From Selaginella moellendorffii (Eukaryota > Plantae > Lycopodiophyta), in the NCBI RefSeq assembly GCF_000143415.4, contig NW_003314270.1:2473048-2537047 (forward strand): DNA of 64,000 nucleotides, written 5' to 3'. The position numbers and the translations under genes were made by a program. Shown one piece after another: positions 1-11,510 of the stretch; position 1 is the stretch's first letter; the number at the start of each line of letters is the position of its first letter. The notes beneath the pieces are model-generated. The model saw nothing but the letters and a program-made list of their open reading frames with translations, made no database searches and was not told the DNA's origin.

Positions 1-1653
1 ACTGGATTGAATGTTGAATCCGGCTTCTTGTTCCTCGGCCCACAATAGTGATCCTCAACATCGTTATCTGTCACTGCATTTCCAGAGGACATTGTTCCGC
101 TACTATCTGGTGCTCTGGGTTCTGGCCAAAAGGACTCTTCCAATTCTTCATATACAACCGGCCCATTTTGGATAGCAGATATAATCTTCTCCCAGTATTC
201 GAGCAAAGGCTTGCACCTCTTAAAATAGGATTCTCCACCAAACACCAACCCCCTCTTCCAGAAGGCAATATGTTGTCTAATCCCGGCCACTATACTTTCC
301 TGGACTTTGAGTCCATCCGGGTGCATCGGTCGTGGGGAACCCTGAGGAATCATAGGTTCCCCAGTTATGGGATCTCTCTTGAAGAGTTCAATGCCGTCCA
401 CTGGCAGCCACACTGTGTCCCATTCTCTCATCTTGTACCTCATCACTGGAGCACCGTCACGCATGCTGAAATGAAACTGAAGAGGCTTGGAGTGGCCAAT
501 CAGCGTTTCGGATCCGTCCCTGATGTAGCCTCTTACAAACCCCTTAAAGTCTGGAACCTCTGTCACAAGTGCAGCTTCAACAGTGCCTTTGATGCAATTT
601 TGGAATTCATCGTAGAGTTGTGGGAGGGTGAGGACATTGGATCGCCGGAGGGACTCTGCCAGGTGACTGAACATGGCATCGACGTCTTCATGAGTGTGCC
701 CAACCATGAGAAAGCCAAGTGTAACCGTTTCAAATATGCCTTTGGCAACAAGCATCGCCAAGTACGCGAAGACGTACATGTTTTTGTTCTCACTGCCAGC
801 ATTGTCTGTTTGGAGCAGAAGATGGGGTGGAAGGCCACATCGGCCGCAAGAACTTCCTTGAGATTCTGCTTCGTTTGGATGAGGCTGTGCATTCACCGGG
901 CGACCAGCCTCGTCGGAATGGCATGAGGCCTCACGTGATAACCCTACAATCTGACGGCCAACATATTCACTGGGATGGCATGGGGCCCCACGCGATACTG
1001 CAAGCCTTTGCTCCTCCTCCAGCTGAACCCTGTATGGGGTTCGATCGACAAGGGCCTTATGCAAGGGTTGGCCGTTCAGCTCAGTCTGCGCACTTTGCAG
1101 AGACCTTAAGTGTTTTGCTAGGGACGCAATCATCATGTTTGCACCCCCGCCACCCCATAGAGGTACAAAGAAGTTCCCATAGTTCTGGGCACCATGCCCA
1201 TGAGCGATTATGCCAAACAGAGACACAGGCAGCTGCATGGATGAAGAGATTGCCTTGGGGGCAGGATTGAGTCGAGGTAAGCACGTCTTTTTTTGGTCCA
1301 TTTTGTCGTGGATGATGCAGAGGTAAGAGTCAGGTCTCTCCATGGAGAGAATCCTGTTATGATAATATGCAGTCCTGCAGCTTCTCTGCTTGATGTTGTG
1401 GTCGAGCCGCCTTCTAACCAACATCTCTCGCTCTGAGCGCTGCAAGAATTCTTCGACAAAGCCATTTTGATAGCAGTGCACTCGTCACACTTTAAAAAGC
1501 TGGAGTACTTTCCTATACTCACATCCCTGAACCTGTTGCTCCACAATCTACTAAATCTAGATTGGCTCAGCTTCCTGTAGCCATTACTCTGGAGTTCCCG
1601 ATTCACATCTTCCAATATGGCCCCCTTGGTATACATGGAAGGGAGAACTCGTT
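1..1653 (-). mobile_element. Sola/DUF7869-type DDD DNA transposase gene; one frameshift near 1435, 5' end cut by an LTR, 3' end runs off the window
   Basis: Manual minus-strand translation gives FLKCDEC, then after a frameshift YLCIIHDKMDQKK...LLLQTDNAGSENKNMYVFAYL...GFLMVGHTHEDVDAMFS. The frame appears open from ~1430 to the window edge, so it is missing from the ORF track. Confidence 0.7.
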
Positions 1654-2269
1654 GGGTCTGGGAGACGAACGCTTTGGGCTTTCACCCTCTCAGGCTCCGG
1701 ACTCGAACTCGGACTCGGACTTGGACTCGGACTCGGATTCGGACTCAGACTCGGGCTCGGGCTCGGTCTCGGCCTCGGCCTCGGTCTCGGTCTCGGTCCT
1801 GATCTCGGTCTCAGTCTCGGTCTCGGTCTCGGTCCCGGTCTCAGTCTCGGTCCCGGTCTCGGTCTCGACTTCGGACTCCATCTCGGACTCCATCTCGGAC
1901 TCCATCTCGGGTCCATCTCGGGTCCATCTCGGACTCCATCTCGGACTCCATTTCGGGTCCATCTCGGGTCCACCTCGGACTCCATCTCGGACTCCATCTC
2001 GGACTCCACTTCGGACTCCAACTCGGGTCCATCTCGGACACTCCCACGTGTCATGTGTTGGTCCTTTTGGGTCCCTTTTTGGAGCCTCGCCTTTTGCTCG
2101 CTTCGTGCTCGTTCCTCGAGCACTTCGTTGGGAGTTCCACTCCCGCTCTTGACTTTTCAAGTCGGAGCTTTTGGTCCAAATGTGTTATGCTCGTTGGCTC
2201 TCGCTTCGGCCACTACCATGTGGCGCACTTCCGGCTCCACTTTGGGGCCTAGGGATTTTGTGTCTCACA
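1654..2269 (-). repeat. LTR family A, left (3') copy, truncated; carries hexamer/dodecamer tandem arrays
   Basis: Direct repeat of 11511-12437: shared gggtctgggagacgaacgctttgggc start and gggattttgtgtctcaca end (TG start on the minus strand). Confidence 0.75.
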
Positions 2270-3902
2270 GGTGTTCACCCTTAGTACGTCTCTTTAACAT
2301 TTTTTGCCGTGGGCTCTATCCATAGCCTAGCTTTTTGAGACCCTCCCTTGGATCTCTTATAGAGACTACTTTCCTTGGACTTACTATGCCATAGCATTGA
2401 CATAGCTCATTTCCCTTAAGTGTTCTTCCCACTTGGTCACCTTGACCAAGCCACACCATTATCAATAGTTCAAATCAACACTTTGAACTAGAAATCATAT
2501 TCCTTAACCCAAACAAAGACTTTGTCCTTGTTTAGCCACAAGATCACCTAGTGATCTCATCTTGACCCCTTAATAAGTCTACCAATAGGAACTAAGTCTT
2601 CCAAACCCTTCTAAGTTGTTGACTATGACCCCGGGGGCATCCCCCACACTTGGCAGTGCACCCAAGCCAGCCCTTTCGGCCAAGGATCCATAGCAATCGA
2701 GACTGGGTGTCCCCATCTCATTCACCACGTCCTTGGTGCCCTTTGCACCAAAGTGTTCAAATTAGATATGCCGAGCTTTCACTCTAAGCAATCTAACCGT
2801 GCATCACGACTCCGGGGCATCCCCCGCTTGGCGGTGTGCCCAAGCCAATCTCCTCATTGAGAGTCCATGACCACCGAAATATGAGTGTCCTCATATTCCA
2901 AACCATCACCACGCCCTAGTGATTTGGGACTCGAACCCAAGCACTAGAGGGTCGGGACTCGAACCCAACCTCCGTATATGCATCTACGGAAGGCATCATT
3001 CAAAATGCCTGGCGTGACTCCCGACGCTGGTGCACCAACTTATAGTCAAAGCGCTCTATAGATCACAGCTTAGGAACCTAGTTCCTCTGCACTGCCAAAT
3101 CCTCTCACTTGACAAGTCTGTGATCATGCATGGACTCCTCCATGCTCGGCCCCATGGCCCACCCTTTTGAAGTTATCACCTTCAACTAGGGTATTTGTTC
3201 CCCCGACTTGCCAATCTCGCTTGGCAAGTCCTCTGACCACCGTAACATGGTTCCTGCATAAACGTGAAAGTCTTTGACTATCGACTTTCGTTCAAAGCCC
3301 TCTCTTTGAACACTCAAGAACTACTTCCCTAACCTTGATAGCCTTACTTCATGGCAAGCTTCAAGACCACACTTCTGCTGCGCCATTTTGATTTCGCGCG
3401 TTCCATGAACCATTTACACTTGGCCTTTCTAGGTACTAAGCTACCTAGAATCGTCTTTGGGAACCTTGAAGGAACTCTGTCCCTTAGCTTACTAAAGCCT
3501 CCTTTTTTGCAAGCTTTCTAGTTGCCATATAGTCTAGTATGGACAATTCCATATTTTAGACTTTCCATGGCATCACAGTTGCTAGCAACAACACCCTTGA
3601 GCCCCCACTTGATTCTCCACTCCCAACTGGCATAAACTGCCATTGGTTATGCCCTTCGATTCCTATAGTTCAATTCTATCCCTTTATTACTTGCTTTTTG
3701 GCTTCACACCTTTCCTTCGGTTATTCGCCTCCAAACTAGGAGGATAGCTTTGCACTTTCTACCATGCCTTAGCAAGTATTCTTGGGGATGAACCTACCCG
3801 ACAGTCTAGGGAGTGGTTCCTCAATCCAGGTATGCTCACCTTATAATCCCACACACCGGGATTAACGTTGTTGCTTATGGGCCCTTACATGCCCATCACT
3901 AG

Positions 3903-4479
3903 CCCTGGGTGGCCCCTCCGGCACCACCCAAGCCCATGCTCACTCCCACCCAAGGCCCCTTGGCCCCAATCTTAACCTCAAGTCAATTTGGAAGCACCAC
4001 TGGAGAGTTCCTTCAAGACTGGTTCCTAGACCTCACTATCCCTACTATACTTTTGGAACCCTCTGCAGCCGCCCCCCCCCCCCCCCCCCCCCTGGGAAAA
4101 GCACGCTTTGGGCTTTCACCCCTTGACCCGTATTAGTATTTGGACTTAGTCTCAGATTCGATCTCGAACTCGATCTCAGACCCGACTTCGGATTCGGTCT
4201 CGGACTCGATCTTGGACTCAATCTCGGACCCGATCTTGGACTCGACTTTAGACTCGACCTTGGACTCGGTCTCGGACCCGATTTGGATCTCGGACTCCGT
4301 CTCGAACTCGGTCTCTAATTCGGCCTCGACTCGATCCTGGACTCTATCTCGAACTCGGTCTCAGAGTCAATCTTGGACTCGATCTTTGACTCGGTCTCAT
4401 CCGATGAACTCTTTGTCATTTTGGTCAAGCTTTTGGGGATCCTTTAGCCTACGACATCTCGGGGAGTCGGTTCCTTACA
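3903..4479 (-). repeat. 3' LTR of element B (partial; matches 10290-10876)
   Basis: Near-identical direct repeat including the poly-C tract and GACTCG-type arrays; ends ttccttaca. Confidence 0.9.
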
Positions 4480-4492
4480 ACTCCACCACCCA
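4480..4492 (-). promoter_or_regulatory. Polypurine tract
   Basis: Minus strand GGGTGGTGGAGT immediately before the TGTAAG of the 3' LTR. Confidence 0.7.
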
Positions 4493-4554
4493 TAGAAGAA
4501 GTTCGATGCCCATATCGAACGTCTCTTTTTATCCTACGACTTGTTGACCATGTC

Positions 4555-4746
4555 TCCGGGGGCATCCCCCCACTTAGCGGTGCGCCTAAGTTAGCGTCCC
4601 CGGCCAAGAGCCCATGACAACGGAATATAGGTGTCCCTATACCCCTCACCTCACCACACCCTAGTATGGGGTCGGGACTTGAACCCAACCTTGCTTTACT
4701 AGGGGGTTGGGACTCGAACCCAACCTCCGTAGAATACGTCTACGGA
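4555..4746 (-). other. Structured RNA module in the element 3' UTR (homologues at 2811-2990 and, partially, 2616-2730)
   Basis: Hairpins with compensatory changes between copies; two GGG-TTCRAGT-CCC T-arm-like stems. Confidence 0.6.
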
Positions 4747-5264
4747 TTCGACATCCCTACGGGGAGTCAAGTGTAGTGCCCTACGCCTGGTCGACCTATC
4801 CAACCCATGCTAATTAGCTTACCTTCGGCGTGCCTTCGGGTCCCAACATATGCCACTTGCTCAACTTTGCAAATTGATATTTTTAATTGACCTTTGCATA
4901 AGTACATAGAGTTCTGCTTTGTAGAAATTCCTCCACTAGATCTCGCGCGTTCGCTAGGTTCTCCTCCGGTTCCCATGTTGCTTCGCAGTGTGGAAATCCT
5001 TTCCACTTCACATGGAACTCTCTCACCTCGCGTCCTTGTCGCTTGCTCTTGCGCGCATTGAGGATGGCCTCGACTTCATATTCCTCTTCCCCTTGGATAA
5101 CCTCAGGTAAAGGTCTTACTTGGTCCTTGCGAAGCAGATCCTCAAAGTACGGCTTGAGTAAGTTCACATGGAACACTGGGTGCATCTTCCCCATCTCTCG
5201 AGGAAGTCGGAGTCGGTAAGCCACTTTACCGATTCGTGCCTCAATCTCGTAAGGCCCCGCGAAC

Positions 5265-5316
5265 CTGCTTAAGGAACTCAAGATCAATTCATTTACAGGA
5301 ATACATGCATTTTTAC
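5265..5316 (-). other. 52-nt spliceosomal-type intron within integrase
   Basis: GTAAAA...TAAGCAG; removal gives K-L-T-Q-R-F-A-G-P-Y in frame. Confidence 0.75.
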
Positions 5317-5734
5317 CTTTGGGTCAACTTCTGGCTGATCCCACTTGGTAGCCTGAGGTTCTTGGTGTTCAGCCACACCTTCTCCCCAGCTTGGAACTCT
5401 ACATCCCGACGCTTCTAGTTCGCGTACTTGGTTTGCCTTTGTTGAGCTTGTTCCAAGGAATCCCTCACTAGATTCCAGATGTTGAGTCTTTCCACCGTGA
5501 ATGCCTCCACTGCGGGTAACTCTCCATGATACTCGGCCACACCGAGTTCCACAGGACCTTCAATAGCTCGCCCATTGATGACTTCCCATGGACTCACCCT
5601 GATACTCGAATGTGGTGAGTTGTTATAACACATTTCCGCAAGTCCCAAATGACTTACCCAATCGGTCTGGTCTCCCGAGACATAGCATCGCAAATAATCC
5701 TCCAGCTGCTTATTCACCCTTTCCATTTGTCCGT

Positions 5735-5781
5735 CTGTCAAGAAGTGTTAGTGCCATCGAACTTGACTTAATACCCCATAC
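5735..5781 (-). other. 47-nt spliceosomal-type intron within integrase
   Basis: GTATGG...CACTAAC...TTGACAG; removal gives H-P-Q-T-D-G-Q-M-E-R in frame. Confidence 0.75.
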
Positions 5782-8700
5782 CTGTCTGTGGGTGGTAGGC
5801 TGTGCTAAATTTCAACTTGGTGCGATACTATTCTAGGAGAGTTCTCCAGAACCTACTAGTGAAGATCTTATCTCGATCTGAGATAATCTCTTCGGGCCTT
5901 CCCCGCACTCGAACCACTTGTTCGAAGAACAGCTTTGCCACACCTTCCGCATCCACTTCCGTTGTGGTGGGTATGAAATGTGCCATCTTCGAAAATCGGT
6001 CCACCACCACAAATATCGCATCAAACCCCTCGCTTGGGGGGAATCCCGTGATGAAGTCCATCGTAAGACATTTCCACAAACGATCTGGAATTGGGATGCT
6101 TTGGAACAAGCCCCCACTAGCCTTAGTCACGGCTTTTACCTACTGATATGTTGGACATGTCTTTACATAGTCTTGGACGTCCTTAGCCATATCTGGCCAG
6201 TGATACTTCCTCTTGAGTAAGCTCATCGTCTTGGGCACTCCGCCATGTCCCGCAAGAGGTCCATCATGACACTCTTCTAAGGCTACCTTCCTTAGTTCCC
6301 CTTTTGGAACATACACCCTTGTTTGCTTGTAATAGATGAGTCCGTTGTGTTTCGCATAGCCCGTTTTCTCTTCCGTTGGCAGCTCACCTCTCTGGTGAGC
6401 TTCCCGTGCCTCTAGATTCCTTAGCAACACTTCTTGTGCTAGACCATCATTCTCATATGCTGTCCGCACATCGTCCCAAAAGGTTGCTGTCGCACTGGAT
6501 ATTACCAACTTCAAGCTCGCTTTTCGACTTAGTGCATCTGCCACGATGTTGCTCTTCCCAGGCTTGTACAGGATTTCGCAATCAAACTCGGCCAAGGCAT
6601 TGGCCCACCAACCCTGTTTCCCTCTCAGGTCGAGCTGTGACAAGAAGTGTTTTGTTGCCACATTGTTCGTGTAAACCTTGAAGTGTCTCCCAAGGTAGTG
6701 TCGCCACTCCTTGAGCACCTTGACCACTGCAAACAGTTCCTTCTCGTGGGTAGGCCACTTCCTTTGAGCCTTGTCCAACTTCTTCGAGAAGAACGCTACT
6801 GGATGGTTGTCTTGCTTCAAAACTGCGCCCAACACAAATTCCGAAGCATCCGTTTCTACATCAAAGTCCTTACCAAAGTCTGGTAATGCCAACACGGGAG
6901 CCTTCCTCAACTTCCCTTTAAGGTGGACGAATGCCGCCTCGCATTCCGCTGTCCATACCATCTTCCCTTTTCTTGTTTGGTCCGTTAAGGGCAGGGCTAC
7001 TCTCGAATAGTGTCTAATAAACTTTCGGTAGTAGTTGCATAGCCCCAAGAATGCCCTCAACTCATGTACATTCGATGGTCGCTCCCATTCCTGGATCGCT
7101 TGGACCTTCTCCGGGTCCACCTTGAGCCTGTCCTGGCCCACCACATGCTCGAGAAACTTTACCTCTTGTTGAGCAAAGTCACATTTGCTCTCTTTAGCAT
7201 ACAGTTTGTGTTCCCTTAGTTTCTCAAACACCTTCGCTAAGTGTTCGGCATGCTCCTCTAGCGTCTCGCTATAGATCAAGATGTCGTCGATATAGACGAC
7301 CACGAAGTAATCCAGATAGGGTACAAAGATGTGAGTCATCAGCGCCGAAAATGTTGCCGGCGCATTACATAGCCCGAAGGGCATCACCAGAAACTCAAAA
7401 CTCCCATACCTCGTTCGACAGGTTGTCTTCTCGACATCTTCCTCAGCTACCCTGATCTTGTAGTATCCTGACCTTAGGTCAATCCTCGAGAAGTATTTTG
7501 CCTTTCCCAACCTATCGAACAGGTCCTCAATCCTTGGCAAAGGGTACTTGTTCTTCTTTGTATATTTGTTGAGCAACCTGTAGTTTATGCACATGCGCAT
7601 AGATCCATCTTTCTTTTTCACAAATAACACCAGTGCCCCATACGGCGATTTGCTCAACCTAACATACCCTTTGTCCACCAACTCCTCTAGTTGGCACTTG
7701 AGCTCCTTGAGTTCTTTTTCGTTCAAACGATAAGGGGGACAAACCACTGCCTCAGCACCCTCGACCAGCTCAATTTTATGTTCTATCGGTTGTGTTGGGG
7801 GGAACCCTGCCGGTAGCTCCTCCGGCATGGTATCCTGGAATTGGTCCAACACCCGCTGGATCACTAAAGGTACTTCTTCCGTTCCTATCTTTTTGTCACT
7901 CTTCACTGAGAGTAAGCACAAAAAGGCTGCCTTAGTTCCATTAGTGAGTTATCCTCTTGTGGACACCAGGTTTAAGTAGGAATCTTTGGCTTTGCTTTGC
8001 CCTACCTTTAGATCTTGGGCCTCCACCCTAGATCTTCTTCCTTGGGCATTCGCCAGTACCACAAGGTTCCTACCTCGTCCATGCAAGGCTACCACGAACT
8101 GATTGAACCAATCCATTCTAAAGATCACGTCAAATCTCGCCATGTCCAACACGGTGAAATCCATGTCCACCTTCCAAGTCCCCACTTCAACTCTCGCTTG
8201 TTGAAGTACCTCATCGGTGCTTTGGCTACCTTGAACAAACTCTATAGTCCTTGGTTCGCCTAGCCACTGCACTGTTAGTCCGGCTTGCCGGACTATGTCT
8301 GCAGCCACAAAATTATCCGAAGCACCCGTGTCCATAAGGATCTTAACAAATCTACCTCCGAGCTTCCCTCAGAGGGCTAGTAGATGTCGCGAACGACTCT
8401 CCACCAAAGTTGCTCGTGTAATGAGTAACTTTGAGTTAGGGACTGGATCACATACCTCAATTTAGACTTCACCCGACTTGATGGCCATATTGGCTCTGGC
8501 CTTCTTCGGGTAGGGACATTCCCTCGAAAGGTGTCCCGCTTCACCACAGTTGTAGCATACGTTGTTTCCCACACTGCTATATGACTTGACTTTTTTATCC
8601 GTGGGTTTGTCTCTTTTCACTTGACTCCCCCACGTACTCGCTCGCTGGCCACCGAATTTGCCTTTCCAGAACCCCGAGGACTCATTCTTAGAGAAACTCT

Positions 8701-9698
8701 TCTTGAATTTCCCTCGGCTATACGTTCCCCTTGGTTTGGCCCCTTTGCAAAATGCGGAACCCGACCCTGTCACGTTTCCCTTTCGCAGGTTGTCGTTGAA
8801 ATGCACCTTGACGGCCGCATCCAACGCTTCCTTGTAGTTGGTCGGGTTCCACCGCATCACCTCACCGCGAGCCCAGGTTTGCAAACCTGATATGAAGGCA
8901 TGGAACGCGTCCATATCCCCCATGTTCGTGACAAGTATTCTCTTTGCCATAAACCCATTCACATACTCCTGAATGGTTCCGGTCTGCTTCAGCCTACTCA
9001 GCTCATCTCTTAGATGCAGAGTAGCATTCGGAAGAACGTAAGTCGCACGGATCCTCGCCTTCATCATTTCCCAAGTGGCCATTGGTCCTTCGTTAGCTTC
9101 TGTCGTTCTCCACCAAGACTTGGCATTATTTGCCAAGTATGGTTTTGCACATGGGACCTTCTCTGAGCTTGGTAACCATAATGCTCGAAAGTAGTCCTCC
9201 ATATCATAAAACCAATCCTCCACCACCTTATAGTCATTCACTCCCTTGAAGACTGGTGGGGGCTTTGGTTTGTACTTGGGAACTGCCTGAGGGACTGATT
9301 CCACTTCAGTCTGTTCGACCTTGTTTGGTTCTGCCTTAGTCCTTACCGAAGGGTCCGCACCCTCTGCGTTGCCAGCATCCACAGTCTTTCACTTTTTCTT
9401 CCGCTTCTCGTCACGCTTTAACTTGCGTACGAGAGTCTCTAGCAAGGCATTGGTTTGTGCCAATTGTCCTTCTAGAACGTCCAATCGAGCCTTGGACAAC
9501 CGAACCTCACCACCAGACTCTTGTTTGGAAGTTGCTTCACTGGAGTCCTCCTCATGCAAGGATTCCTCATCCATAGCCTCCTGTTCGACCGGAGGCTCCA
9601 GCTCTGGAGGAGGTTCTGTCTCCGCCTGGGTTTGCTTACGTCTTGCCCTTGCCATCTCCCAGCAATCCGCCTCTATCCTTCGCTAGAACTGAGGAAGA

Positions 9699-9711
9699 GG
9701 CTCCGATACCA
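9699..9711 (-). promoter_or_regulatory. Primer-binding site, tRNA-iMet type
   Basis: Minus strand TGGTATCGGAGCC, 3 nt after the LTR end (canonical TGGTATCAGAGC with one change). Confidence 0.9.
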
Positions 9712-9714
9712 AAT

Positions 9715-10876
9715 TGTAAGCCACAAATTTTTCCTTTCCAATTTGCTAGCTTACCTCGTCTATCCAACCAACACTGCCTTAACTTGTGCTAAGTTCCCTC
9801 GCCAAGGTTCTCGCATATTGCACCAGCTCCTACTTGGTCCTACTTGGTTTCAGCTACTCACTACATGAGCAACGGAGAGTTAGCCTTCCATCCACAGATT
9901 CCCAAATCTCTCCCAATCCCCCTCCCCGGGTTAGACTGGACTTAAGGTTCGACTACACTCCCCACAGGCATAAGCAGCCAAGCACACCAAGCCTCTAGGT
10001 TCCTAACACCCCTTGGTACAACAAGGCTTGATCATGGGACCCTCTAAATCCCAAGCCTTGGGTGCAACACTTGCTTCGGGACATCGGGGCGAAACACCGT
10101 GGTCTAACGGCCCGGTATGGGTACCTCTACCCCCCCCCCCCCACTTTCATCCCAAAGGGAAGGCCCAAGCCCCTAGGAAGGGTGAGGACAAATGAGCCAC
10201 AAGGTACTCAAGTGGGGCACCACTCCACATGAGCCGGGAACACTGCAGTCGGTTTCCCTTTTGGGAGTGAGAGCTGCTCTTGAGCACTTCCCTGGGTGGC
10301 CCCTCCGGCACCACCCAAGCCCGTGCTCACTCCCACCCAAGGCCCCTAGGCCCCAGTCTCAACCTCAAGTTAGTTTGGAAGCACCACTGGAGAGTTCCTT
10401 CAAGACTGGTTCCTAGACCTCACTATCCCTACTATACTTTTGGAACCCTTTGCAGCCCCCCCCCCCCCCCCCCCCCCTGGGAGATGCACGCTTTGGGCTT
10501 TCACCCCTTGACCCGTATTAGTATTTGGACTTAGTCTCAGATTCGATCTCGGACTCGATCTCAGACCCGACTTCGGATTCGGTCTCGGACTCGATCTTGG
10601 ACTCAATCTCGGACCCGATCTTGGACTCGACTTTGGACTCGACCTTGGACTCGGTCTCGGACCCGATTTGGATCTCAGACTCCGTCTTGAACTCAGTCTT
10701 GATCTCGGTCTCTGATTCGGCCTCGGCTCGATCCCGGACTCTATCTCGAACTCGGTCTCAGAGTCGGTCTTGGACTCAATCTTCAACTCGGTCTCATCCG
10801 ATGAACTCTTTGTCATTTTGGTCAAGCTTTCGGGGATCCTTTAGCCTACGACATCTCGGGGAGTCGGTTCCTTACA
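9715..10876 (-). repeat. 5' LTR of element B (~1.16 kb)
   Basis: TG...CA termini with tgtaag/cttaca inverted ends; adjacent to the PBS; repeat of 3903-4479. Confidence 0.9.
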
Positions 10877-11510
10877 CCCAGATCCACTCCTTAGCATCCT
10901 TAGGATGCCCACCGACAAGGGGAACAACCTTCCCCCATATCCCTCTGTCTGTCCCCACTAAGTCCCTTTTTGCCCTTGGCCATGTTTGCCAACACTGCCA
11001 TTGGATCGAGGCCCACAGGCCTGACCACTAACTCCCATGGTCCTTTGGGACTTCCTCACCACGTGACTGTATCCTTGGCCACCACACTAAAGGACTGCTC
11101 CTTTTCCTTTCCACAGTCTGGGACTTTGGGATGACACTTCGGAACACCGTGGCCTTACGCGAGCCACCTGGGTACTCTCCCCGCCTTCCGCCTTTGGGTG
11201 CTCTAGCCATGGGCTTAGAGCGAGGTTCCGTTGAGCCACGCCTAGTATCCAAGTAGGTAGTGCCACCCACACTTGGACTGGGAGCATTGGCCAGTCGATC
11301 TCCCGGGGGAACTAGAGACGGCTCTTGAACACTTCACCAAGCTACCCTACTTGTCGGTCCGTATTCACTCTAGTCTTGGACTTCCTAGTGGTCAATTCAT
11401 CACCCAACACTGGGTCTGGCCTTCCTAGGGCAAACTAGCCTTTCCTGGCCAAACTGGCTCCACTGCAGTCCTCCCCCTTCCTATACTTTTGGAGCTCACC
11501 AAACCCCCCA

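Larger units (their letters stand above)
4883..9655 (-). pseudogene. Single-frame gag-pol with about seven premature in-frame stops and two intron-like insertions in integrase
   Basis: Gag CCHC knuckle CYNCGEAGHLSREC; protease DTGA; RT YIDD; RNase H ETDAS; IN HHCC plus MDFI/SDRD/HPQT-DGQMER; GPY motif; chromodomain YEVEAIL...VKWKGF..EATWEPEENL. ORF fragments from 9655 to 5782 share one frame. Confidence 0.93.
3903..10876 (-). mobile_element. Ty3/gypsy chromovirus LTR retrotransposon (family B)
   Basis: 5' LTR 9715-10876 (tgtaag...cttaca termini), tRNA-iMet primer-binding site, gag-PR-RT-RH-IN-chromodomain order, polypurine tract, truncated 3' LTR 3903-4479. Confidence 0.95.

Noticed and set aside
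48-926. 292-aa plus-strand ORF
   Set aside because: Antisense shadow of the minus-strand transposase frame.
1562-2160. ORFs with SD/SV, WSPR and ETET repeats (also 4140-4547, 10400-11031 and 11435-12488)
   Set aside because: Translations of stop-free LTR tandem arrays that are open in several frames; not proteins.
2924-2969. T-loop motifs as tRNA genes or SINEs (also 4670-4724)
   Set aside because: No D arm, A box, anticodon arm or acceptor stem could be built.
4555-4746. Known self-cleaving ribozyme (hammerhead or twister) in the 3' UTR module
   Set aside because: No CUGANGA/GAAA core or twister consensus found by eye.
8462-8464. Programmed readthrough stop between gag and pol
   Set aside because: It is one of about seven in-frame stops scattered through the ORF, consistent with mutational decay; sister copies would be needed to argue otherwise.
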